Below, piece after piece: positions 8,310 through 17,939 of a stretch of 64,000 bases of DNA (position 1 is its first letter; every line of letters starts with the position of its first letter). The DNA is taken from NCBI GenBank assembly GCA_963817915.1, contig CAWFQL010000009.1, positions 256,001-320,000 of the forward strand, in the 5' to 3' direction. Origin of the DNA: an uncultured candidate division Zixibacteria bacterium. Lineage in GTDB: Bacteria > Zixibacteria > MSB-5A5 > UBA10806. The translations under genes were made by a program, and so were the position numbers. The notes beneath the pieces were generated by a model that was not told the origin of the DNA, did no database searches, and saw nothing but the letters and a program-made list of their open reading frames with translations.

Positions 8310-9977
8310 TTATGGACAATTGCCCGGAACCGGGCCAGGACCATTGCTTTTATAATAATTAACCAAATAAGTGACATCGAGGCTATTAACATTGCAATCG
8401 CCGTTAACATCACCGATCTGAAGAGGGATTGGCGCCGGCCCGCGTGATTTGAGATAGTTGACCAGATAGATCACATCGAGACCATTAACACCGCCGCTGG
8501 AATTGACATCACCCCAAATCAGGTCGCCAACACGGATATTAAGCACTGTCGGAATGCCCTCAGCAACAATAACACCTTCGTACGATAAATGGCCATAGTT
8601 GGGAGTAATCACATCAATTGAATATACTCCGGGATTCACCAATCGTCGGTATCGTCCTGTAATTGGATCCGATGTTCGAGGGTTAACCAGGCCTGAGTAC
8701 ATACCTCTGATTCTAATCTCAGATTCGACCGGCAAACCAGTTGCCCCATCGGTCACAGTACCTTTAATCTGGCTTCCATTAGCTCGTTGAAGAAGATAGA
8801 ATACGCCGTTGAGATTATTTTCAATGACAGCATTCTTCCGCTCGCGGTCAGGTATAAAATCGGGATATGCAACTGTCTCAGGCGAAAAATCGAGGACTCC
8901 ATAACGTCCATACTGGTAGTTAATAGATTGTCCCGAGCGGCCATCTGATGGCGTGGGATCGTAATAGCTGTAACCATCTTCCTTCATAATTCTATTTGCA
9001 AAATTGCCGACTATATCCTGAATAACTGAATTATCCGGTGCGGATGAACCATCGACCCATTGCCAGGGATAATAAACCACTTCGCCATAGCTGTGATATG
9101 TTAATGATGTCACCGGCCTGATTCTGGCTATTAGGCCAGTGATTGCTTGATTCTCTGATTCCGATCCGGCAGCCTCGCCATGATAGTAATAATTCATCGG
9201 GATATTTGAACCGCCATAATTCCAGTACCAATCGTAATTGCGATTAAGATCCACTCCCTCAGTCGAGCAGGTCCACCAATTATTACATTGGTATTCATAG
9301 AGATCTCCATCGCCATCGAGATCCCTGCCATTTTTCCGATAGTAATACGATATTCCCGCATGAACCGCGGAATTACCATCGGGATTTATCAATGGCACTA
9401 TCCAGATCTGAGTGTTGTCTACAATTTGATTGATGGAATCGACTCTGCCATATCCCGAAATTAATGAATCGGCAAGAGCCATACAGATTTCCATTCCCAT
9501 AACTTCACATGCATGGTGAGCGCCATCGAATAAAACAACAGGCTCGTCATCATCGACCGATACTGAATCTGAAATCTTCATGGCATACATTACTCTATGC
9601 TCTTGTTGAGAAACTCCAATAGATTCAACCATCGCGATCTGCGGATTATGTTCTGCCCAGGAAAAAAGCGAATCTATCATAGCCTGCTGGGTATAGTAAG
9701 CCGAATCGAGTTCAGTTATGACCGGAAATGTAGGCTCTTTTTCGGATTGCAGTTCATATTTCAGACCGAGGGATTTGATGAACATTATATCATCGGAATT
9801 GACTCTATAATAACCCAAAAGCCCTTCCTGCTCGTTAAGCGGCGTCAGACGAGAATTAACTTGAGTCATTTGTTCGATATTTTCAAACAAAATTCTGACA
9901 ATCGCAATGTTCTCACCGGAATAAGAAATGGATGTCAGAATACTGAAGAAAATAAATATATAGACAATTTTTCTCAC
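8310..9977 (-). CDS. Secreted M14 zinc carboxypeptidase with dockerin-like domain (tandem paralog)
   Basis: Signal peptide; HHACE, NPDG, RKN, GVDLNRNY, TYHSYG; carboxypeptidase regulatory-like Ig domain; GDVNSSGGVNGLDVIYLVNYLK repeat. Confidence 0.9.
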   Translation of the reverse strand: MRKIVYIFIFFSILTSISYSGENIAIVRILFENIEQMTQVNSRLTPLNEQEGLLGYYRVNSDDIMFIKSLGLKYELQSEKEPTFPVITELDSAYYTQQAMIDSLFSWAEHNPQIAMVESIGVSQQEHRVMYAMKISDSVSVDDDEPVVLFDGAHHACEVMGMEICMALADSLISGYGRVDSINQIVDNTQIWIVPLINPDGNSAVHAGISYYYRKNGRDLDGDGDLYEYQCNNWWTCSTEGVDLNRNYDWYWNYGGSNIPMNYYYHGEAAGSESENQAITGLIARIRPVTSLTYHSYGEVVYYPWQWVDGSSAPDNSVIQDIVGNFANRIMKEDGYSYYDPTPSDGRSGQSINYQYGRYGVLDFSPETVAYPDFIPDRERKNAVIENNLNGVFYLLQRANGSQIKGTVTDGATGLPVESEIRIRGMYSGLVNPRTSDPITGRYRRLVNPGVYSIDVITPNYGHLSYEGVIVAEGIPTVLNIRVGDLIWGDVNSSGGVNGLDVIYLVNYLKSRGPAPIPLQIGDVNGDCNVNSLDVTYLVNYYKSNGPGPVPGNCP

Positions 9978-10088
9978 TGACTTCTCCTTACTAAATCATC
10001 GACATATAGGAATAAAGATATAATGCATGAGAGTAAAGTCAATAAGATATGTAAAATACTCGCGAATATAGACTATCTAAAGCTGCGA

Positions 10089-10859
10089 TTAAGCCAGAGA
10101 ATATCCACCATCTACTACGATTACTTGGCCGGTCACCCATTTGGCTTTTTCGGTACAGAGGAATACGGCGACATCGGCTACCTCTTCCGGCTGGCCAACT
10201 CTCTTGAACGGAGTTCTTCTAACAACCTCGGCCAGCATCTCATCGTAACTTGGAAAGCCTTTCAGTGCCTCAGTATCTATGAATCCACCGGAGACAGTAT
10301 TGACATTAATATGCCTTGGCGCCAATTCATATGCCATATACCGGGTCAATGTTTCTATAGCCGCCTTGGAGACTCCTATGGCTGCATAGCCGGTAATGTA
10401 TCGTACAGATCCCAATGATGATAATGCTACAATTTTGGAGCCATCGGGCATAATATCATGTGCCATTTGTACCAATTTCAAAAACGCCCAGGCATTGGTG
10501 TCCATTGAAAGGTGCCATGCCTTTTCATCGAGCTCCATCGCCGATGTGAAAAGCCCCAATGCCGCATTTGATACGAGTATATCCAGTTTGCCGTATTTTT
10601 CCTTAACCTCTTCGAAGACCTTGGGCATCTTCTCGTGGTTGCCAATATTGCATCGAATAGCGAGATGATCGCCGCCTAACTCGTTAAGCTCCTGCATTGT
10701 CTGGTCCGCCGCATTGCGACTACGAAGATAGTTTACTGCAACATTAGCCCCACCAGCCGCCAATTTCAATGCGATCGATTTTCCAATACCCTTAGTGCCG
10801 CCTGTAATAAGCGCGACCTTTCCCTCGAATTCTCTATTGGTGTTGTTATTTTTTGGCAT
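10089..10859 (-). CDS. fabL: SDR oxidoreductase, enoyl-ACP reductase FabL-like
   Basis: TGGTKGIG, VSNAA, SSLGS and YAAIGVSKAAIETLTRY (Y-x6-K, the FabL pattern). Confidence 0.75.
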   Translation of the reverse strand: MPKNNNTNREFEGKVALITGGTKGIGKSIALKLAAGGANVAVNYLRSRNAADQTMQELNELGGDHLAIRCNIGNHEKMPKVFEEVKEKYGKLDILVSNAALGLFTSAMELDEKAWHLSMDTNAWAFLKLVQMAHDIMPDGSKIVALSSLGSVRYITGYAAIGVSKAAIETLTRYMAYELAPRHINVNTVSGGFIDTEALKGFPSYDEMLAEVVRRTPFKRVGQPEEVADVAVFLCTEKAKWVTGQVIVVDGGYSLA

Positions 10860-10943
10860 ATTTTACTCTCCTTAATCGATGTCAATAATCATTTATCAGC
10901 CGCGCAAGTTAGCGGTTATGATGGCTCCTGTCAATAATTCATT

Positions 10944-11104
10944 GCGCCCCGTTGCGTCCGACCGAAGGTCGGATGGCAAATTCAGGTCATTGTCTATTCT
11001 ATAAATGATATTGGATGCATTTTGCATATTCTATAATCCGATGCTTGTCTAAATATGAAGTGAGTTTGCCATGTCCGGCATTCGCCGGACACGCAACGGG
11101 GCGC
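10944..11104. repeat. REPIN-like element: two hairpins in inverted orientation
   Basis: GCGCCCCGTTGCGT-hairpin-ATGGCAAA ... TTTGCCAT-hairpin-ACGCAACGGGGCGC, with an AT-rich spacer. Confidence 0.8.
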
Positions 11105-11127
11105 GGCGAACCTTTTGACAATCAAAA

Positions 11128-11211
11128 TGCCGGAGGCGGGATTTGAACCCGCACGAGCGTACACTCACTGCGCCCTGAACGCAGCGCGTCTGCCAGTTCC
11201 ACCACTCCGGC
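11128..11211 (-). tRNA. tRNA-Leu(CAG)
   Basis: GCCGGAG acceptor, CTGCG-TTCAGGG-CGCAG anticodon arm, long variable arm, GGTTCAAATCC; no encoded CCA. Confidence 0.95.
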
Positions 11212-11240
11212 GATGGTTGATTCGAGCCAAAATATTTTTG

Positions 11241-11281
11241 GCCGACAACGTTAAAATATGTCGGCCATATAGAATTGGCAA
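11241..11281 (-). promoter_or_regulatory. tRNA-Leu promoter with an inverted repeat enclosing the -10 box
   Basis: Minus strand TTGCCA-17-TATTTT; GCCGACA-TATTTTAACGT-TGTCGGC. Confidence 0.6.
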
Positions 11282-11357
11282 GACGAATATTAGCTAATTA
11301 CGCTGCTTATTCTCAACCAAAGTGAGATATTTGAATATATTCGCCGCAATACACATT

Positions 11358-13124
11358 TTAGAAGAGATTTTTCTCGCTCGTGATGATATTCTTGAAAGTT
11401 TTGTAGTATTGATGTAGGATTTTATGAAATTCGTCATTCGATGTCAGATTTATTGCGTAATTTTGCAGTTCGGTAATATAGCCATATTCCTGCGATTTTT
11501 GCGTAATGTAGAATGGATTTTTCAGAAGTCTCAATATCACGAGCAATTTTCGCCTGATGGTTTCATTGCTGGTCGCAAATGCCCTCAACGGCAAGTAAAT
11601 TGGCATTAATGGCGAATCCAATGCGATCCCGAAATTGGCGTACTTTACAGAGACACTTCGTTTATCCAATGATTTTAGCAGGCCGATATAGATTTTCCAT
11701 CCGTTGAGATAGCTATTTTTAATTTTGAACGCATAAGGCGCATACTTAATTCCATAATGAGGAGCGAGGGGCCAAAAATGTTGTCTGAGCCGATCTTGAT
11801 TTTCCAGGGAAAATTTAAAAGATCGTTCCCAGATAAAGAAATGATCAACCTTATGGATATAATCTTTTTCCGGATATGCTGAAAAGTAATTGCAAAGATA
11901 ATCCATTATCTCCTTTGAGCTCTTTCCGAAAATACCGGCGACCTCATTGATGGAATAAACGCTAAGGCTATTTTTCAAGATAATTTGCTCTACCAATCTC
12001 GGAAGAGATTCAATCTTGCCGCCGCCATATCTTGGGGCGGTGATATAATTGCCTTCGTCCCCCGTATAATAAACTATATTGCGTCCAAATTCCCGTTCGG
12101 TAATTTCCATCGAACTCAGGACTGATCCCATTGTCCCCATGATGCCATTGCCGTCTTTCAAATTAACGACCTTTTCGAAATCCGAGATATTCTCTTCTTT
12201 AAGATCAAAGTTTCTATGATTGAATTTAAAAATCTCGACCAGTTTATTGACAACTGGCCTGTCCCTTCCGAGCAGATGGAAATGATCGAGAAAACTTAAA
12301 GATTCAAACTCGATCTTGTTTTGCAGCAATCCCATAAGGTTGGCTCTGGAATCAAGCCCGCCCGAAAGTGACAGTACTTGTTTTCGGTCTTTGAAACGTT
12401 TTGCCCTATTGGCAACGCTTTCCATGAATAGGTCGTGAAGATCCATAACGTATTTTTCAATCGGCCTATCTTCCCATCGATCATCAAAATTATATTTAAA
12501 TAGTTCAGTCTTTATGAACTTTTTATCTTTCAGATTGATTTGGATCAAAGTGTACGGCATCATGCGATAAATATCATTAAAGAATGTCTTATTGCCAAGT
12601 GACACCGCAAAAAGGAAATATTCGATCATCGAATAATCATTTACCTGGACTGATGGAAGAAGCCCCGTAAGGAATTTCATTGTCCTGGCGATAATAATTC
12701 CATCTTCATTGGCGTGATAATAAGTTGGCAGACGCCCTATGGCATCATTGAAAATTGCGATAAAGGAATTACGCTTATCAATATAATATACTACGAATTC
12801 GCCATCAGTATTTGAGATAATATCTTTAAGAATACTGGTATTTACGTTGCCATTCGTGATCGCTTTGGCTATTTCGTTTTTGAATTGCTCGATTGTTTTA
12901 TTATAGATAGCGCCATCAATAAGAATTACTACATCCCCCAACAGTATTTTTTCCCTTGGATAACCGCTGTATCCGGAAAAGTACGATCTTATTTCAGGAC
13001 TTTCGAATAATAATTCGTGACTAAATGCTGGGTAATAATTCATCTTATCCAGAATATTCGATGCCTTATCTATTTTTAAATCTGATATCGGGTTGAAATC
13101 AATTATGGTATTGATTCCGGGCAT
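11358..13124 (-). CDS. Asparagine synthetase-like protein (Ntn domain lacking the catalytic Cys, plus a PP-loop ATP pyrophosphatase); true 3' end probably ~11294
   Basis: MPGI instead of MCGI; DGAIYN, DGEF, NDAIGRLPTYY, SLSGGLDSR, TGDEGN. A +1 shift at the stop extends it with KMCIAANIFKYLTLVENKQRN. Confidence 0.75.
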   Translation of the reverse strand: MPGINTIIDFNPISDLKIDKASNILDKMNYYPAFSHELLFESPEIRSYFSGYSGYPREKILLGDVVILIDGAIYNKTIEQFKNEIAKAITNGNVNTSILKDIISNTDGEFVVYYIDKRNSFIAIFNDAIGRLPTYYHANEDGIIIARTMKFLTGLLPSVQVNDYSMIEYFLFAVSLGNKTFFNDIYRMMPYTLIQINLKDKKFIKTELFKYNFDDRWEDRPIEKYVMDLHDLFMESVANRAKRFKDRKQVLSLSGGLDSRANLMGLLQNKIEFESLSFLDHFHLLGRDRPVVNKLVEIFKFNHRNFDLKEENISDFEKVVNLKDGNGIMGTMGSVLSSMEITEREFGRNIVYYTGDEGNYITAPRYGGGKIESLPRLVEQIILKNSLSVYSINEVAGIFGKSSKEIMDYLCNYFSAYPEKDYIHKVDHFFIWERSFKFSLENQDRLRQHFWPLAPHYGIKYAPYAFKIKNSYLNGWKIYIGLLKSLDKRSVSVKYANFGIALDSPLMPIYLPLRAFATSNETIRRKLLVILRLLKNPFYITQKSQEYGYITELQNYAINLTSNDEFHKILHQYYKTFKNIITSEKNLF

Positions 13125-13308
13125 ATAATCCTCTCCTTACAAAGAACCAGATTGTGGTCAATTTACAAGATTGAAGAATTCGAATTCCTCAATAAAATAT
13201 TCTGCTATTGATATTCAAAAAGTTCATTACTGTCAACTGCTTTCTATATTTGGTGTTGGATGAAATCATTACAATACTAATAAGAAAAAATAGCAGAAAA
13301 ATGTTCCA

Positions 13309-14736
13309 TTAATTGTCCTTATCTTTCTTTTCATTTCCGCCAAGATTGAAATGGGCTATACCATCAGCAGTTTTATAAAACCAATCAAGTGTCTGACGGC
13401 CACTTGAGAACCATTTAAGCGCGCCAAACCCCATAAATTGAATCATATCAGGCAACTCCCTATCCTGAGGCTCATGAAATGTAAGCATCAGAAATGATGA
13501 CAACAGCCTTAAAATAGCGGATAAGGCGAATAAAAGGTGATAATTAACAATTGTCTGAGAGCCCCAGGGCCAATGAATATTAGACCAGGTCTCCGCCAGA
13601 GAACCTGCTAAGATGCTTCCAATAAAGAAGGCTAATCCGGTAAATACCGAAAACATGGCCAGATATATTGTTCGTTTTTCCTTCGGGCTATTCGCGATTG
13701 GAATATTGAATGCGCCCAGATTAAATCCTGTCCACAGTGCTCCGGAATAGAGTGCCTCGAAAGCCAAAATCCAGTTATGTCCGGCCCGGGGAATGAACCA
13801 GATTAGTGGTATGATCGAGATCCCGAATGCAGTAAATGACAGCACGGGCTTGCATCCAAAACGATCTACAAGCACACCCCACGCCTTATTTAGCAGGATT
13901 GCCATAAGCGCGCCACCGCTACTGTACAATGACACCTGCGTAAAGCTCATCTTAAGATTGGTGAGCATATGGGGTGTAAAAAATGGCGCCGAAATCCCGA
14001 TCGAGAAGAACCAGGCCACGAATATCCAGAGTAAACGTTTGAACTTTGCATCTCTGATCGGTTCAAGGACATAATCCCAGGTGAGCTTATGACCCTCAGG
14101 TTTAACAAAATTATCCGGCAGTCGTTTCATAACTTCGAGAGCGGAGAATGCAAATATACATGCCACGCCGAACAAAATCGCGAATCCGGTGCCCTCGAGA
14201 TTTATCCCTTTGAAATAATCTATGAGTCCGCCGCCTATCATAACCACTGAGACAGTGACTATCGATACGGCCCTGCTTCGAACTCCAAAATACCTGCCCC
14301 TAATTTTTTCAGGGACGAGATCTGCCAGCCATGGAAACCATCCTGCGGTTCCGATCATCGTGGAAATGCTCGAAAATGCGACAACCAATAGAAGTACAAT
14401 CAGCCGCCAATTGCCGTGGAGAAATGGAAGCGGAATTACGAGCCACCATAAATGCCGCGAGATCGCGAGACTCCAGATTGTGATTAATCGTCGTTTCCCG
14501 CTTAAGTCTATAAAATAGGCCGAAACCAGTTGCGCGACCTGGGTCAGAAATGGTATGGCTACCAAAAGCCCAATTTCGAAATCATTAGCGCCAAGATACA
14601 GCCCGAATCCGGTCAGGAACGCGCCCCCAGTCAGAATGATATATATGGTGGCCAGGGAGGCTTCCCACGTGATTCCCACTAAAGTATTGTGGGTACTATC
14701 AGGAGATTTAGGGCTGTTGTCGATTTGTTCGGGCAT
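13309..14736 (-). CDS. MFS transporter
   Basis: ~12 TM helices; ADLVPEKIRGRYFG; WGVLVDRFGCKP (MFS motif A). Confidence 0.9.
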   Translation of the reverse strand: MPEQIDNSPKSPDSTHNTLVGITWEASLATIYIILTGGAFLTGFGLYLGANDFEIGLLVAIPFLTQVAQLVSAYFIDLSGKRRLITIWSLAISRHLWWLVIPLPFLHGNWRLIVLLLVVAFSSISTMIGTAGWFPWLADLVPEKIRGRYFGVRSRAVSIVTVSVVMIGGGLIDYFKGINLEGTGFAILFGVACIFAFSALEVMKRLPDNFVKPEGHKLTWDYVLEPIRDAKFKRLLWIFVAWFFSIGISAPFFTPHMLTNLKMSFTQVSLYSSGGALMAILLNKAWGVLVDRFGCKPVLSFTAFGISIIPLIWFIPRAGHNWILAFEALYSGALWTGFNLGAFNIPIANSPKEKRTIYLAMFSVFTGLAFFIGSILAGSLAETWSNIHWPWGSQTIVNYHLLFALSAILRLLSSFLMLTFHEPQDRELPDMIQFMGFGALKWFSSGRQTLDWFYKTADGIAHFNLGGNEKKDKDN

Positions 14737-14984
14737 TATTAGTCTATACTATTTATCGGAATCACCGCTATTATTTAGTCAAATATCCTATTCAAATTTG
14801 CAAAGCATCTTGCCCTTAAATCCATAACAAGATTCAAGGCGCTAATAATATGCTATAATTCAATTTTTGCAAATGGATTTAAGGCGTTTGACGATCGCAA
14901 ATAAATGGAAATAATCGAATTAGATGTCAATTGCTTGAATATGCCTGTTTTAGGTGATTCCAGAACACCCTAAATACTTATTGT

Positions 14985-15176
14985 TCAGGATTCGGAGGGC
15001 AACTCGATGCTTTCGTCAGATTTCCATGCCGCTTTTTTAAGACATTCAGGACACAGTAGCGCTCCTTTGAAATCATTAATCTCGGTAAATTTATTTGTCC
15101 CGCCGCACATTTCACACTTTGCAAGGCCGACCTTCACTAATTTAGTTAAAATTGCCGTCATTTCTTCATTATTCAT
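14985..15176 (-). CDS. Small zinc-ribbon protein (CxxC...CxxC)
   Basis: 63 aa, CEMC...CPEC, GAGAGG SD upstream. Confidence 0.6.
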   Translation of the reverse strand: MNNEEMTAILTKLVKVGLAKCEMCGGTNKFTEINDFKGALLCPECLKKAAWKSDESIELPSES

Positions 15177-15303
15177 TTTGCCCTCTCAATTTCAATTCTT
15201 GTCAATAATGTCCTCAGTATAATTATCGGCTTGTTACCTCGATTCAAAAGGCTAATACCTATAAATGGAGATGTCTGTCGGTCTTGTCAAATATGGATTT
15301 CAC

Positions 15304-15354
15304 TTGACAATTAAATAGTAATGTGTATCATTATACTGGGGATAATGGTATAAT
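15304..15354 (+). promoter_or_regulatory. Sigma70-type promoter elements
   Basis: TTGACA(15304)...TATCAT, and an extended TGgTATAAT at 15346-15354. Confidence 0.5.
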
Positions 15355-15374
15355 ATCTGTTCAAGGTGGTAATT

Positions 15375-15776
15375 ATGACCTGGCAGAAATTGCTTTTAAC
15401 CCTTTCAATATTGATATTGATTATATTCTTTCTTGCAGGTGAATCATTTGCCGCCAATAGATTTATTTTAGGCCTATCCTTCCCTATCAGTGGCTCGATA
15501 GAATTTCAAAAACCATTGCCATATATCAGCCTTCAGGTTGAAAAATCCCATCCTAACGCTGTCAATAAGTTTAGGGCGAATGAGGATCATCATCTGTATT
15601 GGGGAGCAATATTATTGACTGCCGGATTAATTTCGAACAGCCGATCAATGAAGGTAATTGGCGGACTAGTCGTTTTCGATGATGTTATCCAACATGCTGT
15701 CCGCATTCAATCGCCATTGCACCTTATTGACTCTGAGCTTTACAAATATAAAATTATTAGAGATTTGAATTTTTAG
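15375..15776 (+). CDS. Hypothetical exported/membrane protein with His/Asp cluster
   Basis: Signal peptide (…ESFA); C-terminal HHLYWG-TM-TM-DDVIQH...SPLH. Confidence 0.65.
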   Translation: MTWQKLLLTLSILILIIFFLAGESFAANRFILGLSFPISGSIEFQKPLPYISLQVEKSHPNAVNKFRANEDHHLYWGAILLTAGLISNSRSMKVIGGLVVFDDVIQHAVRIQSPLHLIDSELYKYKIIRDLNF

Positions 15777-15855
15777 AATCCTGCCTATTTAGATTATCTG
15801 GAAATTAATATTTTTCGCTAATTGACTTAAATTATCAATTTGCTATATTTAGCTC

Positions 15856-16779
15856 ATGGGAAAGACCGCAAGGTTATTGTATATTCTTTCTCTCTTGAGA
15901 AGCAATCGACGAATCCGAGCATCGGAATTGGCCAGAAAATGCCAGGTTTCCGAGCGAACAATCTATCGCGATGTAATATCCATTTCAGAGGCCAATATCC
16001 CTATCTACTTTGATGGGGGTTACAGGCTTTTGCATAATGGATTCCTCCCCCCCACCAATCTATCCGCTACCGAAGTGGATTTCCTGAAAGCATTACTTAA
16101 ATCGCCATTATTCGGTAAGGGGAAACCATTCAGGGAAGCCGCGGAAAGAATCGCCGATAAAATCGATTCATCAGAGAATCCTAAGTCAGTTGATTCAATC
16201 ATTCATATCGGCGCCATTACTACGGATAAGCCTGGCAACAGCAAAATCTTTTCGGTCATTGAAAACAGCGTACGAGATGGCCATACTATTACCATGAAAT
16301 ATCTATCATTAAAGAATGAAACTACCGAGAGAAAGATCGCACCATATGCGATAGTATTCAGGGGCCATTCCTGGTATTTGATTGGATTTTGCTATTTGAA
16401 AAATGAGATCAGAACATTTCGGCTTGGCAGGATCATATCGCTGACGATCCAAAAGGAGAAATTCAAAAAGCCGCCCGATTTTTCGTTAGAGCGATACTTT
16501 AGCTCAAGCTGGGAAGTGTTTGGCGGTAAATTGGTAAAATTCAAGGTGCATTTTAATAATGAGGCCGCGGTTGTGGTGAAAAGCTCGTTCCACCATCAGG
16601 GCGAAATAATCAATGAACAGGATGACGGTTCGGTGATCTACGAGGTTATTGTCGCGGGAATACAAGAGTTTCTGCGCTGGGTTATGCAGTTTGGATCAAA
16701 CGCCGAAATTTTGGAACCGGTCTTTGCCCGTAAAGAAATCAGAACAATACTGCATGAGACATTGAAAAAATATAATTGA
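15856..16779 (+). CDS. HTH-WYL-WCX transcriptional regulator (YafY/PafB/DriD-like)
   Basis: ELARKCQVSERTIYRD HTH; WYLIGFC...RTFRLGRI WYL domain; WVMQFGSNAEILEP WCX. Confidence 0.95.
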   Translation: MGKTARLLYILSLLRSNRRIRASELARKCQVSERTIYRDVISISEANIPIYFDGGYRLLHNGFLPPTNLSATEVDFLKALLKSPLFGKGKPFREAAERIADKIDSSENPKSVDSIIHIGAITTDKPGNSKIFSVIENSVRDGHTITMKYLSLKNETTERKIAPYAIVFRGHSWYLIGFCYLKNEIRTFRLGRIISLTIQKEKFKKPPDFSLERYFSSSWEVFGGKLVKFKVHFNNEAAVVVKSSFHHQGEIINEQDDGSVIYEVIVAGIQEFLRWVMQFGSNAEILEPVFARKEIRTILHETLKKYN

Positions 16780-16781
16780 TA

Positions 16782-17864
16782 TTATCCGCCAGAAATTAGC
16801 CTGACTATATCGTTAAAAGTGACCAATACCATGAGCAATAGAAGCGCTCCCATTCCTATTTGCTGCCAGAAAATCCGTTTCTTAAATGATATCGGTTTTC
16901 TCCTGATTGCCTCGATACTTAAAAACATGAGATGACCACCGTCAAGGACAGGTATCGGAAGAACATTGAGAACCGCCAGATTAACCGAAAGAAAAGCCGC
17001 CAGGTTAATTACGTATGGTATGCCTCGTTTCATAGCCTTGCCCGCCTGATCAGCTATCATGATAGGGCCGCCAAGTTTGTCGACAGATTCCTTGCGAGTG
17101 ATCAATTTCCATAGGAAGTCAAAGGTCGTAACTGTGACAAAAACCGTGGCGTTTAAACCATCCTTAAGCCCGGCGGAAAGAGTGGACGGACGGAAGTCAT
17201 AAATTGGATTAACACCTATTAATCCGATAGTTTTGCTAACACCCAGCGAATCTTTAGTCTCGATTTTTTGAGGTCTGATAGTTACCAGATTATCAATATT
17301 ATCACGGCGATATTTGACAACCAGATCCTGCTCCGGCCGTGCCTGTATATAGCTTGCCATTTGAGTGAAATCCTTAAAGAAGACACCATCGACCGCGAGA
17401 ATCTTGTCACCTTCCTTAAGTCCGGCCTTCATCGCCGGAGCATCCTGCCCCACATCGCCGATCTCGGTTGAATTTGGACGAAGCTGTGGATTGCCCCAGG
17501 CCCAGATCATAATTACAAACAAAAGATAGGCAGTGATGAAATTCATAATAGGACCGGCCGCTATTACAATCGCTTTCTTCCAGGTCGGCGCAGAGAGAAA
17601 CTCTCTGGGACCGCCAGCGGGAGCGTTGGTATCATCAGGAAAATCAGGAATATCGCCCTTCATTTTTACATAGCCGCCCAAAGGTATCATGCCGATACAA
17701 TATTCGGTTTCGCCGATTTTCTTGGAAATTAGATTAGGCGGGAATCCCAATGAGAATCGCTCCACCTCAATGCCAGATCTCTTGGCGGCAATGAAATGGC
17801 CCAACTCGTGCACAAATACGAGTAGTCCTAAAATCGCTACAAACGGCAATATCCATTCAAACAT
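16782..17864 (-). CDS. rseP: RIP metalloprotease RseP
   Basis: HELGH, PLGGYV, AGP.MN, PDZ domain, NVLPIPVLDGGH. Confidence 0.95.
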   Translation of the reverse strand: MFEWILPFVAILGLLVFVHELGHFIAAKRSGIEVERFSLGFPPNLISKKIGETEYCIGMIPLGGYVKMKGDIPDFPDDTNAPAGGPREFLSAPTWKKAIVIAAGPIMNFITAYLLFVIMIWAWGNPQLRPNSTEIGDVGQDAPAMKAGLKEGDKILAVDGVFFKDFTQMASYIQARPEQDLVVKYRRDNIDNLVTIRPQKIETKDSLGVSKTIGLIGVNPIYDFRPSTLSAGLKDGLNATVFVTVTTFDFLWKLITRKESVDKLGGPIMIADQAGKAMKRGIPYVINLAAFLSVNLAVLNVLPIPVLDGGHLMFLSIEAIRRKPISFKKRIFWQQIGMGALLLLMVLVTFNDIVRLISGG

Positions 17865-17939
17865 TATTCACCTGCTCCAATATTAATAACTGTCCGCCAA
17901 AATCAAAGTTCCCATCGATGTATTATTCATATCTTGTTA

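Noticed and set aside
11115..11297. ORFs overlapping tRNAs (also 51180-51479) and the many antisense ORFs inside long genes
   Set aside because: Shadow frames of tRNAs or of well-supported opposite-strand CDSs.
11358..15176. Lasso-peptide cluster (AsnB-like + MFS + small ORF)
   Set aside because: No B1/RRE or B2 protease, and the small ORF is a zinc ribbon without a lasso leader pattern.
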